A stretch of DNA of 64,000 bases from a virus (Duplodnaviria; Caudoviricetes). Below are positions 1-10,246 of this stretch, piece by piece (the first letter of the stretch is position 1; every line of letters starts with the position of its first letter). A program made the position numbers and the translations under genes. The stretch covers positions 1 through 64,000 of IMG/VR virus record IMGVR_UViG_3300028591_006041, one strand, 5' to 3'. Under the pieces are notes generated by a model. It was not told the DNA's origin. It worked only from the letters and a program-made list of their open reading frames with translations, and searched no databases.

Positions 1-1
1 T

Positions 2-655
2 GTAAGACCTCAAGATGGATCTAAATCAGGAGGCAAATTATTAGAATCTACTGTAAATGTAGCATCAGTAATATTGATTACTTCTATAATACTTAATAAT
101 AATAAAGATATTGTTATGTACAGTGGATTGAATACATATTCTATTGATTATGACATATTACCTATAGATGCTTACAATAAGAGACTTATATGGAAATCAA
201 CTAATGAAAATGTAGTAACTGTAAATGAAAATGGAGAAATAACAAGTCATAATGCAGGTAATGCTAAAGTATATGCTATAGCAAATGATAATAGTGGTGT
301 AATATCAAATATTTCTGTAAAAGTAATAACTCCATCTGAAGAAATAAACTTCACAAATGATGATGACGAATATGTATTAGTTGCTTCTACAGATAAGAGC
401 ATATTGTTATCTACTTATGTTTTAGACTTAGACATAAATGAAAACTATACATTAGTTGCTTCTATCTATCCAGATAATGCATCTATACAGTTATTGAATT
501 ATGAAGTTGAAGATGATACAATAGCTGATGTAGACAACAATGGAAATATTACTGCACTTAAATCAGGTACAACAAAAGTATTTGTAAGTAGTATAGATAA
601 AGATAGTGAAGGAAATCCTTTATTGTCAGCCGAATGTATAATAAATGTAAAATAA
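2..655 (+). CDS. Ig-like (Big_2-type) repeat virion protein, 5' partial
   Basis: The frame is open from base 2, so the ORF-track start at 74 is internal. Two Ig-like repeats: P.DAYNKRLIWKSTNENVVTVNENGEITSHNAGNAKV and P.NASIQLLNYEVEDDTIADVDNNGNITALKSGTTKV. Confidence 0.8.
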   Translation, partial: VRPQDGSKSGGKLLESTVNVASVILITSIILNNNKDIVMYSGLNTYSIDYDILPIDAYNKRLIWKSTNENVVTVNENGEITSHNAGNAKVYAIANDNSGVISNISVKVITPSEEINFTNDDDEYVLVASTDKSILLSTYVLDLDINENYTLVASIYPDNASIQLLNYEVEDDTIADVDNNGNITALKSGTTKVFVSSIDKDSEGNPLLSAECIINVK

Positions 656-674
656 ACAAACAATTTAATAAGAT

Positions 675-3023
675 ATGAATAACTTAAATGTTTCTAAATT
701 ACCTAATATAACCTTTTATACTGGAAACTATGCATCAACTGCGGCAAACATTATTGAAAACAGACAATACAATAATGAAGAAATTCCAGTTTTTGGAACA
801 TTGTTAGAATCTAGAAATTACAGCTCTTATTGGTCAAACTTTAGAGATGATATATTTACAGAAACCGAAACAAATTATGAGAATATTGGAGACATCATAA
901 ATTCTACAATATCTTATATGAATAAGTTCAAAAACAACAATATAGATATATCTGTAAATAAAAATGTATTGACAATAAACTATGATTTCGAAAAGGATTT
1001 AGATTCTAATTATGAAAACACTTCATTGATTCCTGCTAGAGATTTTCTTAATTTGATGTTGAATATGAATGAAATGACATTCAATAAGAAAAACTATTAT
1101 AAGAATGATCCAGTTGAATTAAAAGAAATAACATATTTGAAAAAGAAATATCCTTATAGAAAAACAGTAACAAAATATGATGTAACTACTGAAGATAGTA
1201 GAGTTATAACTTATGATTTCAGTCATCAATTTGTTGACTATAACTATAGTGAATTAAGTTATGCAACATATTATACAGCTTATATCTATAGTGAAATAGT
1301 TGATGATTATGGAAATGTAACATACATCAAAACAGATAGTACTTATACAGCATATTACATAACTTATTCTTATATGCTTAATGACATAAATAAGTTTAAA
1401 GATAGAGTAGATATGTATTTTGAAAATAACTCAAATAATCTTGAAGAAAACAAAGGTAATTTAAAGACATATTTCTTAAATGAGTTAGATACAAGATTGA
1501 TGTTGACATTGAATACAAAATCATTAGGATCTAAAAACTTATTTGCTTATATTAATTTTGTAGGAAATTACAGTAATTGGTTTGATAATGTTATAACATT
1601 TGAAATGAATACCGAAAACTTAGTAAATGGAAACAAATTAGCAAGAATAACTCCAACAGAAGAAACATTTATAAATATATATGCAAATTATACAACTGAT
1701 GTATGTGATGAATCATCTAAAATTTCATCAGCCCATGATTATAACTTAAGACATAAAGAAATATTAGCAAATACTCAACAATTCACAATTAGTAATCCAA
1801 CATGTATAAAAGAATTAGATTTATCAGCACAAACAGATAAGATATTAAGCTTAGATTTATTAAGTGATTACAATAAACAAATAAATGCTACAACTCATGA
1901 GTTGACAAATTGGTTGAAAAATGATCAAACAAATATTGAAAAACTTATAATTGGAAATAGTACAATTGACAGCAATATTACAACAATTAATGGATTATCT
2001 GATATGACAGCATTAAAAGAAATAAATATTGAAAATTGTAATAAGTTGAAAACAAGTTTTAATTTGAAGAAAATAAATGACTTAAATATATTTAAAGCAA
2101 AAGGATCATCAATCAAATCATTTGTACCAAAATCAGGAAGTAATTTTAGTTTAGTAAGTTTACCAAAGAATTTGAAAACAATAACTTTAAAGAATACAAA
2201 TATTGACAATTTAGATTATGAGATATCTTATAACTTATTGAATGTTACTTTTGAAAATGTTGAAGGAATCAATACACAGAATTTTGTAAAGACATGGGTT
2301 GATGAATTGTCTACACATAATTATACAAATAAAAAGGGAGAAACATTACCAATAATTTATTCAGGACTTATAAACAATACTAACTTAGTAGGAATTAATT
2401 GGACAAATTATGAAGTTGAAGATTTAAGAAAGTTAGCATATATAGGATTAAATAAGTTTAGTGGTACAATATCTATAAAAGGAAGTTTAGCTAATGGTGA
2501 TTTGAATAGAAAAGACTATATGAATTTACGTAATGATTTCGGAGATACTTTAATTAAACCAACTGAACAAGAAAGTGAAACAAATGAAATGAAATTTGAA
2601 TATAATTTATCGGAAGATGCTTATAATAAGAAAGTTAAATTATACGGAGGAACAGTTTCAAGAACAGGAGAAGTAAAATGGGGAGAAATGTCAAATGAGT
2701 TGATTGATATAGAATTTTATGACAATATTGGAGGAAATAACTTAATTGAATATTTATTACGTAATGGTTCAGAATTAGAAGCAATAAAGAATGATAGCAA
2801 CTTTGGATATGAGACAGAATTGAATGAATTAATTTATACAGATTCAAGTGACGATACATCGAAGAACTTAAATATGGGTGATATAGTAATTTATAAGGGA
2901 AATAAATTAATATTTGTTTATCAACAATTAAGATCAGTACATAATTATATTAAAGTTGGAAAGTTCATTTTACCTAATACAATATACAATAATATTAGAA
3001 TAGAATTTAAAGATTTATTATAA
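675..3023 (+). CDS. Large putative virion protein with LRR-like middle region and cyclophilin-like C-terminus
   Basis: 782-aa ORF. LRR-like spacing (LSDMTALKEINIENCNKL, LPKNLKTITLKNTNI). The C-terminal GDIVIYKGNKLIFVY...YIKVGK resembles cyclophilin-like folds. Follows the Ig gene and ends at a terminator. Confidence 0.5.
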   Translation: MNNLNVSKLPNITFYTGNYASTAANIIENRQYNNEEIPVFGTLLESRNYSSYWSNFRDDIFTETETNYENIGDIINSTISYMNKFKNNNIDISVNKNVLTINYDFEKDLDSNYENTSLIPARDFLNLMLNMNEMTFNKKNYYKNDPVELKEITYLKKKYPYRKTVTKYDVTTEDSRVITYDFSHQFVDYNYSELSYATYYTAYIYSEIVDDYGNVTYIKTDSTYTAYYITYSYMLNDINKFKDRVDMYFENNSNNLEENKGNLKTYFLNELDTRLMLTLNTKSLGSKNLFAYINFVGNYSNWFDNVITFEMNTENLVNGNKLARITPTEETFINIYANYTTDVCDESSKISSAHDYNLRHKEILANTQQFTISNPTCIKELDLSAQTDKILSLDLLSDYNKQINATTHELTNWLKNDQTNIEKLIIGNSTIDSNITTINGLSDMTALKEINIENCNKLKTSFNLKKINDLNIFKAKGSSIKSFVPKSGSNFSLVSLPKNLKTITLKNTNIDNLDYEISYNLLNVTFENVEGINTQNFVKTWVDELSTHNYTNKKGETLPIIYSGLINNTNLVGINWTNYEVEDLRKLAYIGLNKFSGTISIKGSLANGDLNRKDYMNLRNDFGDTLIKPTEQESETNEMKFEYNLSEDAYNKKVKLYGGTVSRTGEVKWGEMSNELIDIEFYDNIGGNNLIEYLLRNGSELEAIKNDSNFGYETELNELIYTDSSDDTSKNLNMGDIVIYKGNKLIFVYQQLRSVHNYIKVGKFILPNTIYNNIRIEFKDLL

Positions 3024-3032
3024 CAAACAACA

Positions 3033-3062
3033 ATAAAGAGCAACTTTAAGGTTGCTCTTTAT
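3033..3062. terminator. Bidirectional intrinsic terminator
   Basis: 12-bp stem ATAAAGAGCAAC/GTTGCTCTTTAT between convergent genes. Confidence 0.85.
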
Positions 3063-3065
3063 CAT

Positions 3066-3317
3066 TTATATTTTCAATAAAAAATTTTCTTCTTCTAATT
3101 TGTAATTTATCAACTTACAATTTATGCTTCTTATATTATCATTTTTAAATATGTATTCTATTGCATCATCTTCATATGTCTGTATCTCATAATCATATTT
3201 ACAATTATCCATATCTAAATCATGATAATAAAACTTACCACCGTCTGTAAGTCCTTTGAAAAAATACAAATGTATTAAATTATTATCTTTATATAATGTT
3301 ATAAATCCTGGTAACAT
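3066..3317 (-). CDS. Hypothetical protein
   Basis: 83-aa ORF directly downstream of 3330..3668; no recognised motif. Confidence 0.6.
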   Translation of the reverse strand: MLPGFITLYKDNNLIHLYFFKGLTDGGKFYYHDLDMDNCKYDYEIQTYEDDAIEYIFKNDNIRSINCKLINYKLEEENFLLKI

Positions 3318-3329
3318 AATTTAATATTT

Positions 3330-3668
3330 TTAGTCATTTACTACTATTTTACCTTTTGGATCTTCATCATTTCCTGAATCTGAACTATCATCATCATTAG
3401 ATCCGTCATCATTATAATCTTTAGCTAATCTTGAAATTTCTTTTCTGTCTACACCTAATTCAGAAGCAATAGCACCAATAAGCTCATCATATAAATCAAA
3501 ACTAGTTCCTTCATTGATAGCAGATCCACCTTTCATGTTCCATGCTAATGCATGTGCTAATTTCTTTTTATCTTCAGCTGATTTATCTTTATTGGCTTCA
3601 ATGATTTCTGAAATAGGGTAAGTCAAACCAGTTAGTTGCCAATATTTCTCATCAAGTTCTTTATTCAT
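3330..3668 (-). CDS. Hypothetical acidic protein, probably late or virion-associated
   Basis: 112-aa ORF preceded by the late motif at 3695-3707; contains IIE and INE sites and a D/S-rich tail. Confidence 0.65.
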   Translation of the reverse strand: MNKELDEKYWQLTGLTYPISEIIEANKDKSAEDKKKLAHALAWNMKGGSAINEGTSFDLYDELIGAIASELGVDRKEISRLAKDYNDDGSNDDDSSDSGNDEDPKGKIVVND

Positions 3669-3694
3669 AATATTTAAGTTATATTTATTTTTAC

Positions 3695-3707
3695 TTTATT
3701 AAAAATA
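3695..3707 (-). promoter_or_regulatory. Putative late promoter motif TATTTTTAATAAA
   Basis: Exact reverse-strand copy of the motif that precedes structural genes. Confidence 0.55.
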
Positions 3708-3711
3708 AAAT

Positions 3712-4794
3712 TTAATAAAGCTTTTTAATTTTATTCAAATATTCCTTTTCTTTATCGGAAATCTTATTTGATATTGATCTAGATGGAAGTTTTGGTTTTA
3801 TTACAAAAATATAATTGCCATTATCTATTCCTTTATTTTGTAATATTACATTATCTCCATCAACAGAATAAGGCTTTATTGTTATCTTTTCTTTTGTATG
3901 ATTTGGTAGAATTACTTCCTTTTCACAACCTAATATACAATCATAATAAGGAACTTCTAATTTCTCATAAACATTATTACCATTTATGCTATATTTAGAG
4001 TTATCAATATTATATATAACTGATATGATTAAATCACCATTTACTCCATTCTTATCATGTGACTCATAACCCATACCAGTATATTTCAAATTACTTCCAT
4101 TTCTTACAAAAGGTTTGATATTCAATTTTATCTTTCGTTTTATTGGTACTCTACCTACACCATTACACTTATTACAACGTTTAGTGATAATATTTCCTGT
4201 TCCTTGACAATGTGGACAAGGACTTTGATTAGTAATCATTCCAAAAGCAGTATATTGAGTTTGTGAAATCATACCTGTACCACCACAATGAGGACATGAC
4301 TTTGATTCTCCTCCAGTACCATCACAATCTTTACATCTTCCTTGAACGGTTACTTCTATTTCTTTTGAAACACCATTGAATATTTCATTAATACCTATTT
4401 CATATTTCATTTGAACTGTTTGGCCAGGCATAGGTTGATAGGATTGTTGTCTGCCACCTCCAAAGAAATCATCAAATGGACTATGACCACCATGCATCTT
4501 CCTAATTATGTCACCAATATCCATATTGAATCCACCAGGACCAAAGCCTCCACCTATTTGTTCCCAATTTTCACCATATCTATCATATTTAGCTCTTTTG
4601 TCTGGGTCAGATAATACCTCGTTAGCTTCTGCTGCTTCTTTAAATTTTTCTTCTGCATTCTTTCGCTCAGATTCAGATTTATCAGTCCATCTATCAGGAT
4701 GCCATTTTACAGCTGCTTTACGATAAGCTTTCTTTATTTGATCATCAGTGGCATTCTTATCTATACCTAATATCTTATAATAATCTTTAGCCAT
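3712..4794 (-). CDS. dnaJ: DnaJ chaperone
   Basis: J-domain (DYYKILG...WHPD), G/F-rich linker, four CxxCxGxG zinc repeats and a C-terminal domain. Confidence 0.97.
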   Translation of the reverse strand: MAKDYYKILGIDKNATDDQIKKAYRKAAVKWHPDRWTDKSESERKNAEEKFKEAAEANEVLSDPDKRAKYDRYGENWEQIGGGFGPGGFNMDIGDIIRKMHGGHSPFDDFFGGGRQQSYQPMPGQTVQMKYEIGINEIFNGVSKEIEVTVQGRCKDCDGTGGESKSCPHCGGTGMISQTQYTAFGMITNQSPCPHCQGTGNIITKRCNKCNGVGRVPIKRKIKLNIKPFVRNGSNLKYTGMGYESHDKNGVNGDLIISVIYNIDNSKYSINGNNVYEKLEVPYYDCILGCEKEVILPNHTKEKITIKPYSVDGDNVILQNKGIDNGNYIFVIKPKLPSRSISNKISDKEKEYLNKIKKLY

Positions 4795-4822
4795 ATGTAA
4801 TTATCTTAATTTATTTAAAAAT

Positions 4823-4848
4823 GGGATAGGGATTTTTATCCCTATCCC
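4823..4848. terminator. Intrinsic terminator downstream of hsp20
   Basis: 11-bp stem GGGATAGGGAT/ATCCCTATCCC flanked by A/T runs. Confidence 0.8.
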
Positions 4849-4876
4849 TTTAAAATTTAAGAATAATTATAAAATA

Positions 4877-5323
4877 TTATTCAATTTCAATTGTCCTTGA
4901 ATCTGATTCAACTTTGGATTCCTCTTTCTTAGGTAATGTAATTGTAAGTACACCATCATTGTTTTTAGCTGTGATTTGATCTTCAATTACATTTTCTGGA
5001 ATATTCCAAAATTCTTGATAAGATGATTTACTCCATTGTTTGACATGATATTTATGTTCATCTTCTTTTTCATCTTTAGATTCAGAATCCATAGATACAT
5101 AAATTACATGATCTTTAACTTCAATTTTTGTCTCATCTTTTCCAAATCCAGGATTGGCAATTTCTATTTCATACGCTTTATCAGTTTCCTTTACATTAAC
5201 CTTTGGGGAATTGGTAAAGTTAGATGGAATCAATCCGAAATCGTCAAACCAATTAGACATAAAAGTTGGCATAAAACCAAATAAACTGTTGTCACGATTT
5301 TTAAAACTTAAAGCATTTGTCAT
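4877..5323 (-). CDS. Small heat-shock protein (Hsp20/alpha-crystallin)
   Basis: SPKVNVKETDKAYEIEIANPG...ITAKNNDGVLTITLPKK. Start moved to ATG 5323, which has GGAGG 8 nt upstream. Confidence 0.93.
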   Translation of the reverse strand: MTNALSFKNRDNSLFGFMPTFMSNWFDDFGLIPSNFTNSPKVNVKETDKAYEIEIANPGFGKDETKIEVKDHVIYVSMDSESKDEKEDEHKYHVKQWSKSSYQEFWNIPENVIEDQITAKNNDGVLTITLPKKEESKVESDSRTIEIE

Positions 5324-5406
5324 AATAATTACCTCCAATTTTAATGAATATTTTTATAATTAGTAATATAAGTAATAGTTTTTTATTCCTATTACTTATA
5401 TAATAT

Positions 5407-5435
5407 AATATAGATTATTTATTTACAAAATTCAA
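5407..5435 (-). promoter_or_regulatory. Putative early/middle promoter TTGAAT-N17-TATATT
   Basis: Matches the recurring two-box motif; lies upstream of hsp20. Confidence 0.55.
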
Positions 5436-5452
5436 ATTTTAAATCCATTTTC

Positions 5453-7390
5453 TTAATTTTGAGGTGGTACTTGTGCTCCACCAAATATTCCATCACCAAA
5501 TGGATTTGATGGTTGTCCTTCAGGTTGTGCTCCTTGAGGATTCATTTCTTGATAAATTTTAGCTATAATAGGTTGATATACATCATTGAATGCTTTATAA
5601 GTTTCCTCAATCTTCTTATAAGCTTCCTCTTTATCTTCAGCATTCATATAAGCATCAAGTGCTTCCTCAAGAGGCTTCTTAGAATTTTCAATATTTGTCT
5701 TATCTTCCTCAGTAAATTTATCTTTCATTTTCTCATCCTCAAGAGTATTAGTAACACCATGTACTACCATTTGGGCTTGATTAATGAAATTCATTCTTTT
5801 TTCTTTCTTTTCATCTTCCTCTTTATGGGCTTCTGCATCAGCTTTCATTCTTTCAATTTCTTCATCTGAAAGATTAGAATTTGAAATAGTGATTTGTTGC
5901 TCTTTACCTGTTGCTTTATCCTTAGCAGATACATTCAATACACCATTTGCATCAATATCAAAGCTTACTTCAATTTGTGGTACACCAGCCTTAGCGGGAG
6001 CAATACCTTCAAGATTGAATGTTCCTATCATCTTACAATCTTTAGCATATGTACGTTCACCTTGAAGAACTACAATTGTTACTGCTGTTTGATTATCTGC
6101 TGCTGTAGTAAATGTTTGAGATTTCTTACAAGGAACTGTAGTATTAGCTTCAATAATCTTGGCCATTCTACCTTCAGCCTCAAATTGATTATGTGCTTCA
6201 ATACCCATTGTTATAGGAGTTACATCCAAAAGAACAATATCTCCTACACCTTCATCTTTATTCAAAATAGCTCCTTGAATAGATGCACCTACTGCTACAA
6301 CCTCATCAGGATTTACACCTTTAGAAGGTTCTTTTCCAAAGAATTTTTTAACTGCTTCCTGTACTGCAGGAATACGAGTAGAACCACCAACAAGCAATAC
6401 TTCATCAATATCTGAAGGGCTAAGACCGGCATTTTTCAATGTTTCTTGACAAGGTTCAATTGTCTTTCTAATAATAGGATCAATCAATTGCTCAAACTTA
6501 GCTCTTGTCAATGTCATTACAAGATGTTGAGGAATATTGTCAACAGGAATAATATAAGGAAGATTGATTTCTGTTGATGTTGAAGATGACAATTCAATCT
6601 TAGCCTTTTCTGCTGCTTCTTTAACTCTTTGAAGAGCCATAGGATCTTTTCTCAAATCTACATTTGGATGATCCTTCATAAACTCATCAGCAATATAATT
6701 AATTATAATGTTATCAATATCATCACCACCAAGATGAGTATCACCACCAGTGGCTAATACTTCAAATACTCCACCACCAAATTCAAGAATAGATACATCA
6801 TGTGTACCTCCACCAAAGTCAAATACAACAATCTTCATATCTTTATCTGATTTGTCAACACCATAAGCGAGAGCTGCAGCTGTTGGCTCATTTACAATAC
6901 GTCTAACATTAAGTCCAGCAATCTTACCAGCTTCAATTGTTGCATTTCTTTGTTGGTCATCAAAATATGCAGGAACAGTAATAACTGCCTCAGTAACTTC
7001 ATGACCAAGATAGTCTTCTGCAGTCTTCTTCATTTTTTGAAGAATCATTGATGAAATTTCTTGTGGAGTATATTTCTTCCCTTCAATATCAACTTTAGGA
7101 AGATTAGAATCATTTATGAGGTTATATGGAACTTTTTTATCTTCATCTTTAAGTTTATCAAATGGCATTCCCATATAACGTTTAATAGAATAAATAGTAT
7201 TGTTTGGATTTGTAATAGCTTGTCGTTTAGCTGAATCACCAACTTTACGATCATCTTTAGTAAATCCTACAACAGAAGGAGTTGTTCTTTTACCTTCTGA
7301 ATTTTCAATTACATGAGGTTCGCCTGCCTCAAATACGGATACACAACTATTTGTAGTACCCAAATCGATACCAATAATTTTGTTGCTCAT
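5453..7390 (-). CDS. dnaK: DnaK/Hsp70 chaperone, Bacteroidales-like
   Basis: [46 protein letters not shown] and [15 protein letters not shown]. The segment [12 protein letters not shown]...[30 protein letters not shown] resembles Bacteroidales DnaK. Confidence 0.98.
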   Translation of the reverse strand: MSNKIIGIDLGTTNSCVSVFEAGEPHVIENSEGKRTTPSVVGFTKDDRKVGDSAKRQAITNPNNTIYSIKRYMGMPFDKLKDEDKKVPYNLINDSNLPKVDIEGKKYTPQEISSMILQKMKKTAEDYLGHEVTEAVITVPAYFDDQQRNATIEAGKIAGLNVRRIVNEPTAAALAYGVDKSDKDMKIVVFDFGGGTHDVSILEFGGGVFEVLATGGDTHLGGDDIDNIIINYIADEFMKDHPNVDLRKDPMALQRVKEAAEKAKIELSSSTSTEINLPYIIPVDNIPQHLVMTLTRAKFEQLIDPIIRKTIEPCQETLKNAGLSPSDIDEVLLVGGSTRIPAVQEAVKKFFGKEPSKGVNPDEVVAVGASIQGAILNKDEGVGDIVLLDVTPITMGIEAHNQFEAEGRMAKIIEANTTVPCKKSQTFTTAADNQTAVTIVVLQGERTYAKDCKMIGTFNLEGIAPAKAGVPQIEVSFDIDANGVLNVSAKDKATGKEQQITISNSNLSDEEIERMKADAEAHKEEDEKKEKRMNFINQAQMVVHGVTNTLEDEKMKDKFTEEDKTNIENSKKPLEEALDAYMNAEDKEEAYKKIEETYKAFNDVYQPIIAKIYQEMNPQGAQPEGQPSNPFGDGIFGGAQVPPQN

Positions 7391-7504
7391 AATTATTTTA
7401 TGTATATATTTTTAGTAGCTCAAGTATAGATAATATATTATCATATACTTGTATTAATATAGTTAATCAATTATTGTTTATTCATAATAAAAATAAATTT
7501 TTTT

Positions 7505-8089
7505 TCAATTTTTATTATACTTCAACAATCTTGGAATATTACATCCAATAAAATTACCTAAAACAATAGTCCAATATCTTCCAAAAAACATATTTTTCAT
7601 TTGATCTGGCACAACCATAGTATAAAATGCATCTGCTATACTATGATAAAATCCAAGAAGAATAAACACAGGAATTCCAAATAATATCAATAACCAATTT
7701 TTATCTCTTCCTCCTTGAACTATTAATGTCATAATCAATCCACATCCAATTGCATTCAATAAGCATTGTAAATAACTTGTATCTAATCTTGATTGAATGA
7801 TTGAACTACCATCTATTCCTTTTATATTCATATAACTTAACAATATACAACCAAGAATATTACCAAACAAGATGAGAAGCATCTTTCCATATTCTGAAGC
7901 TTTATTAAGTTCAATAAATCCAGCTGTTCCAGTATAAAGAGGCAATTTAAAATGCACAACAGTAAGTAATCCAAAAGCGAACATACAGGCACCAATTACT
8001 CCACCTAATTTAATGAATATAGCACCTCCTAAACCAATGCATATTCCAGCTAATATGCTTCTAATAAATATATCGAAACCGTCTTTCAT
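7505..8089 (-). CDS. Formate/nitrite transporter (FNT) family channel
   Basis: Multi-TM hydrophobic protein with SILAGICIGLG, LYTG, GNILG, GFYHSIAD and GNFIG motifs. Confidence 0.8.
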   Translation of the reverse strand: MKDGFDIFIRSILAGICIGLGGAIFIKLGGVIGACMFAFGLLTVVHFKLPLYTGTAGFIELNKASEYGKMLLILFGNILGCILLSYMNIKGIDGSSIIQSRLDTSYLQCLLNAIGCGLIMTLIVQGGRDKNWLLILFGIPVFILLGFYHSIADAFYTMVVPDQMKNMFFGRYWTIVLGNFIGCNIPRLLKYNKN

Positions 8090-8091
8090 AA

Positions 8092-8742
8092 TTAAACAAA
8101 TAAATTAAATTGTTCTTCAGTAATTACATGTAATACAAAAATTCCTTGCATTTTCAAACATGTATTGAAATCATTTGTATCATTAAACAAATAATCATAT
8201 TTCAATTTAGACAAATAATTGGGAACTGTCAAATCATAAAAATTATCTCTATATTTGATAATTGTCAATCCGTAATCATAATTTCTTAATGTATAGAATT
8301 CAATATTTTGATCTTGAAGTTTTGTTATAGATTTCCATACATCACCATTCCATTCATCCTTTTGTATATATCCTCTATCATAATAGTTTTCTTGTGCTCT
8401 TCTATTTTTTGGAATTACATCGTGAATACAAATTACTCCTCCCTTATTCAAATGTTTTAAAGAATTTATTATGTCTCTATCCACAAATTGCTCATCATGC
8501 ATACCATCTATAAAAATAATGTCATATTTCTTATCTAATGGCATTTTAGAAAACATTTCATCACTTGTCATTTCATATGTCAATTTATCAACATATACTA
8601 ATTTATCTGATGATATATCATTTGATTCTTTATTTTCTATGTTTACTTTACTAAAATTATCACCATCATATATACCTATTTCAAGATATGATTTGTAATT
8701 ATATTTTTCAATTAATTTATTTATTACTTCTAAATGATTCAT
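8092..8742 (-). CDS. Class I SAM-dependent methyltransferase (Methyltransf_24-like)
   Basis: SYLEIG, YDIIFIDGMH, LNKGGVICIHD, WNGDVWK. Confidence 0.85.
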   Translation of the reverse strand: MNHLEVINKLIEKYNYKSYLEIGIYDGDNFSKVNIENKESNDISSDKLVYVDKLTYEMTSDEMFSKMPLDKKYDIIFIDGMHDEQFVDRDIINSLKHLNKGGVICIHDVIPKNRRAQENYYDRGYIQKDEWNGDVWKSITKLQDQNIEFYTLRNYDYGLTIIKYRDNFYDLTVPNYLSKLKYDYLFNDTNDFNTCLKMQGIFVLHVITEEQFNLFV

Positions 8743-8795
8743 TTATTTTTTACTTTATATTTTTATACCAATTATATGAAAAATCAGGTAACTTT

Positions 8796-9599
8796 TCAAT
8801 ATGTTTCATATTTATCATGGAATTTATTTATAATATCTATAAATTCATTTGGAATATATCCATCCAAACAAAGTTGTTTAACAAATTCATCATCTATACT
8901 TGTTTTAGGATTTGCATTACATATACTTCCAGCGATACAAGCTTCTGTATCTGCATCTCCAGCTAATGAAATAGCTTTACGAATACAATCTTCATAAGAT
9001 GTACTTTCATACCAACAAGTAAGACATGCAGGAACTGATACTTGACATATACAATTAAATTTATGTGTCCTTTTTAAATTTTCATAAGATTGCAATTTAT
9101 AATCTGTTTCATTTAAAATATAATTAATAATCTCATTTTTTGACATTCCATGTATATATAGCCAAATTGCTACAGCAATTGTTACAGCTCCTTTAATTCC
9201 TTCAGGATGATTGTGTGTTACTTCAGCAGATATTTTTGCTAACTGTATGCATTCTATTAATGATTGGGCTGCCCATGCAACAGGAGAAACTCTCATAGCA
9301 GATCCATTTCCAAAACTGCCATAAGGTTCTCTTTGTTCAGAATTTACCCACATTCTAAATCTTGGAGCAAATCCATAGTTATATTTATTACACCAATATT
9401 TAAGTTTATCAATTAATTCTTCATGTGTTCTATTTGTATGCAATAACCAATCTGCCACAGCAATAGTACAAGTACTATCATCGGTAACATGTGATTTTTC
9501 TGTTAATAATTCAAAATTATAATCATGAGTTTCATATCCTTTTCTTTCATAAGGACATCCAATTATATCACCAACTATTGCTCCTATAATTCCTATCAT
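8796..9599 (-). CDS. ADP-ribosylglycohydrolase (DraG/ARH family)
   Basis: GAIVGDIIG, TDDS, GNGSAMRVSP, THNHP and GDADT motifs. Confidence 0.93.
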   Translation of the reverse strand: MIGIIGAIVGDIIGCPYERKGYETHDYNFELLTEKSHVTDDSTCTIAVADWLLHTNRTHEELIDKLKYWCNKYNYGFAPRFRMWVNSEQREPYGSFGNGSAMRVSPVAWAAQSLIECIQLAKISAEVTHNHPEGIKGAVTIAVAIWLYIHGMSKNEIINYILNETDYKLQSYENLKRTHKFNCICQVSVPACLTCWYESTSYEDCIRKAISLAGDADTEACIAGSICNANPKTSIDDEFVKQLCLDGYIPNEFIDIINKFHDKYETY

Positions 9600-9605
9600 A
9601 ATTAT

Positions 9606-10139
9606 TCATATATATTTTTTATCTGTTTCATTAAATATTGGCTTGACATTCTTTATATTTACCATTTGACAAAATTTTCCAAATGTATTATATAATTGAA
9701 CTTTTGGTAGAAATTGATTTACTATAAGCATATAATAGATCTTTCCCTTGTGCTTGACAATTTTAAATTCATTACCATTTTGATCTTGATAAGAAATCAT
9801 ATTATTGTCTGGCATTTTTACTAATACTTTCTTATTTTCTTTTATATAATGAGAAGGCAACATATTAAGCATAGCAATATGCTCATCAATAGATTTATTC
9901 ATTAATGCTCTTGCTTTATATTTCTTACCTTTATGTTCCCATTCTTCATCTATTTCATTGAATTGTTTATTTACAATCATACAAGCATTTTGATACGTCA
10001 ATACAGTATAATCATCATTATCAACTTCATAAACACGACGATCTTCACCATCTTTCCATGGTGACATTTTTAACAAATAATTATCCATAACTTTATAGAT
10101 ATTACCTGTATTTATAGATTGCAAATAATTATCTGACAT
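9606..10139 (-). CDS. Hypothetical protein
   Basis: 177-aa ORF at the head of the minus-strand cluster. Confidence 0.7.
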   Translation of the reverse strand: MSDNYLQSINTGNIYKVMDNYLLKMSPWKDGEDRRVYEVDNDDYTVLTYQNACMIVNKQFNEIDEEWEHKGKKYKARALMNKSIDEHIAMLNMLPSHYIKENKKVLVKMPDNNMISYQDQNGNEFKIVKHKGKIYYMLIVNQFLPKVQLYNTFGKFCQMVNIKNVKPIFNETDKKYI

Positions 10140-10211
10140 AAGAATTAAAAATACTGAATATTATAATTATTAATATAGTTTTAATTTGACGAATATTTTA
10201 AAAAATCATTT

Positions 10212-10224
10212 TATTTTTAATAAA
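10212..10224 (+). promoter_or_regulatory. Putative late promoter motif TATTTTTAATAAA
   Basis: Exact motif 22 nt upstream of the baseplate operon. Confidence 0.65.
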
Positions 10225-10246
10225 TCAAATAACAATAAATCTAATT

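Noticed and set aside
5367-5400. RNA thermometer in the hsp20 leader (12-bp hairpin)
   Set aside because: The hairpin lies about 30 nt upstream of the GGAGG and does not occlude it or the start codon; it is more likely a stabilising or terminating stem.
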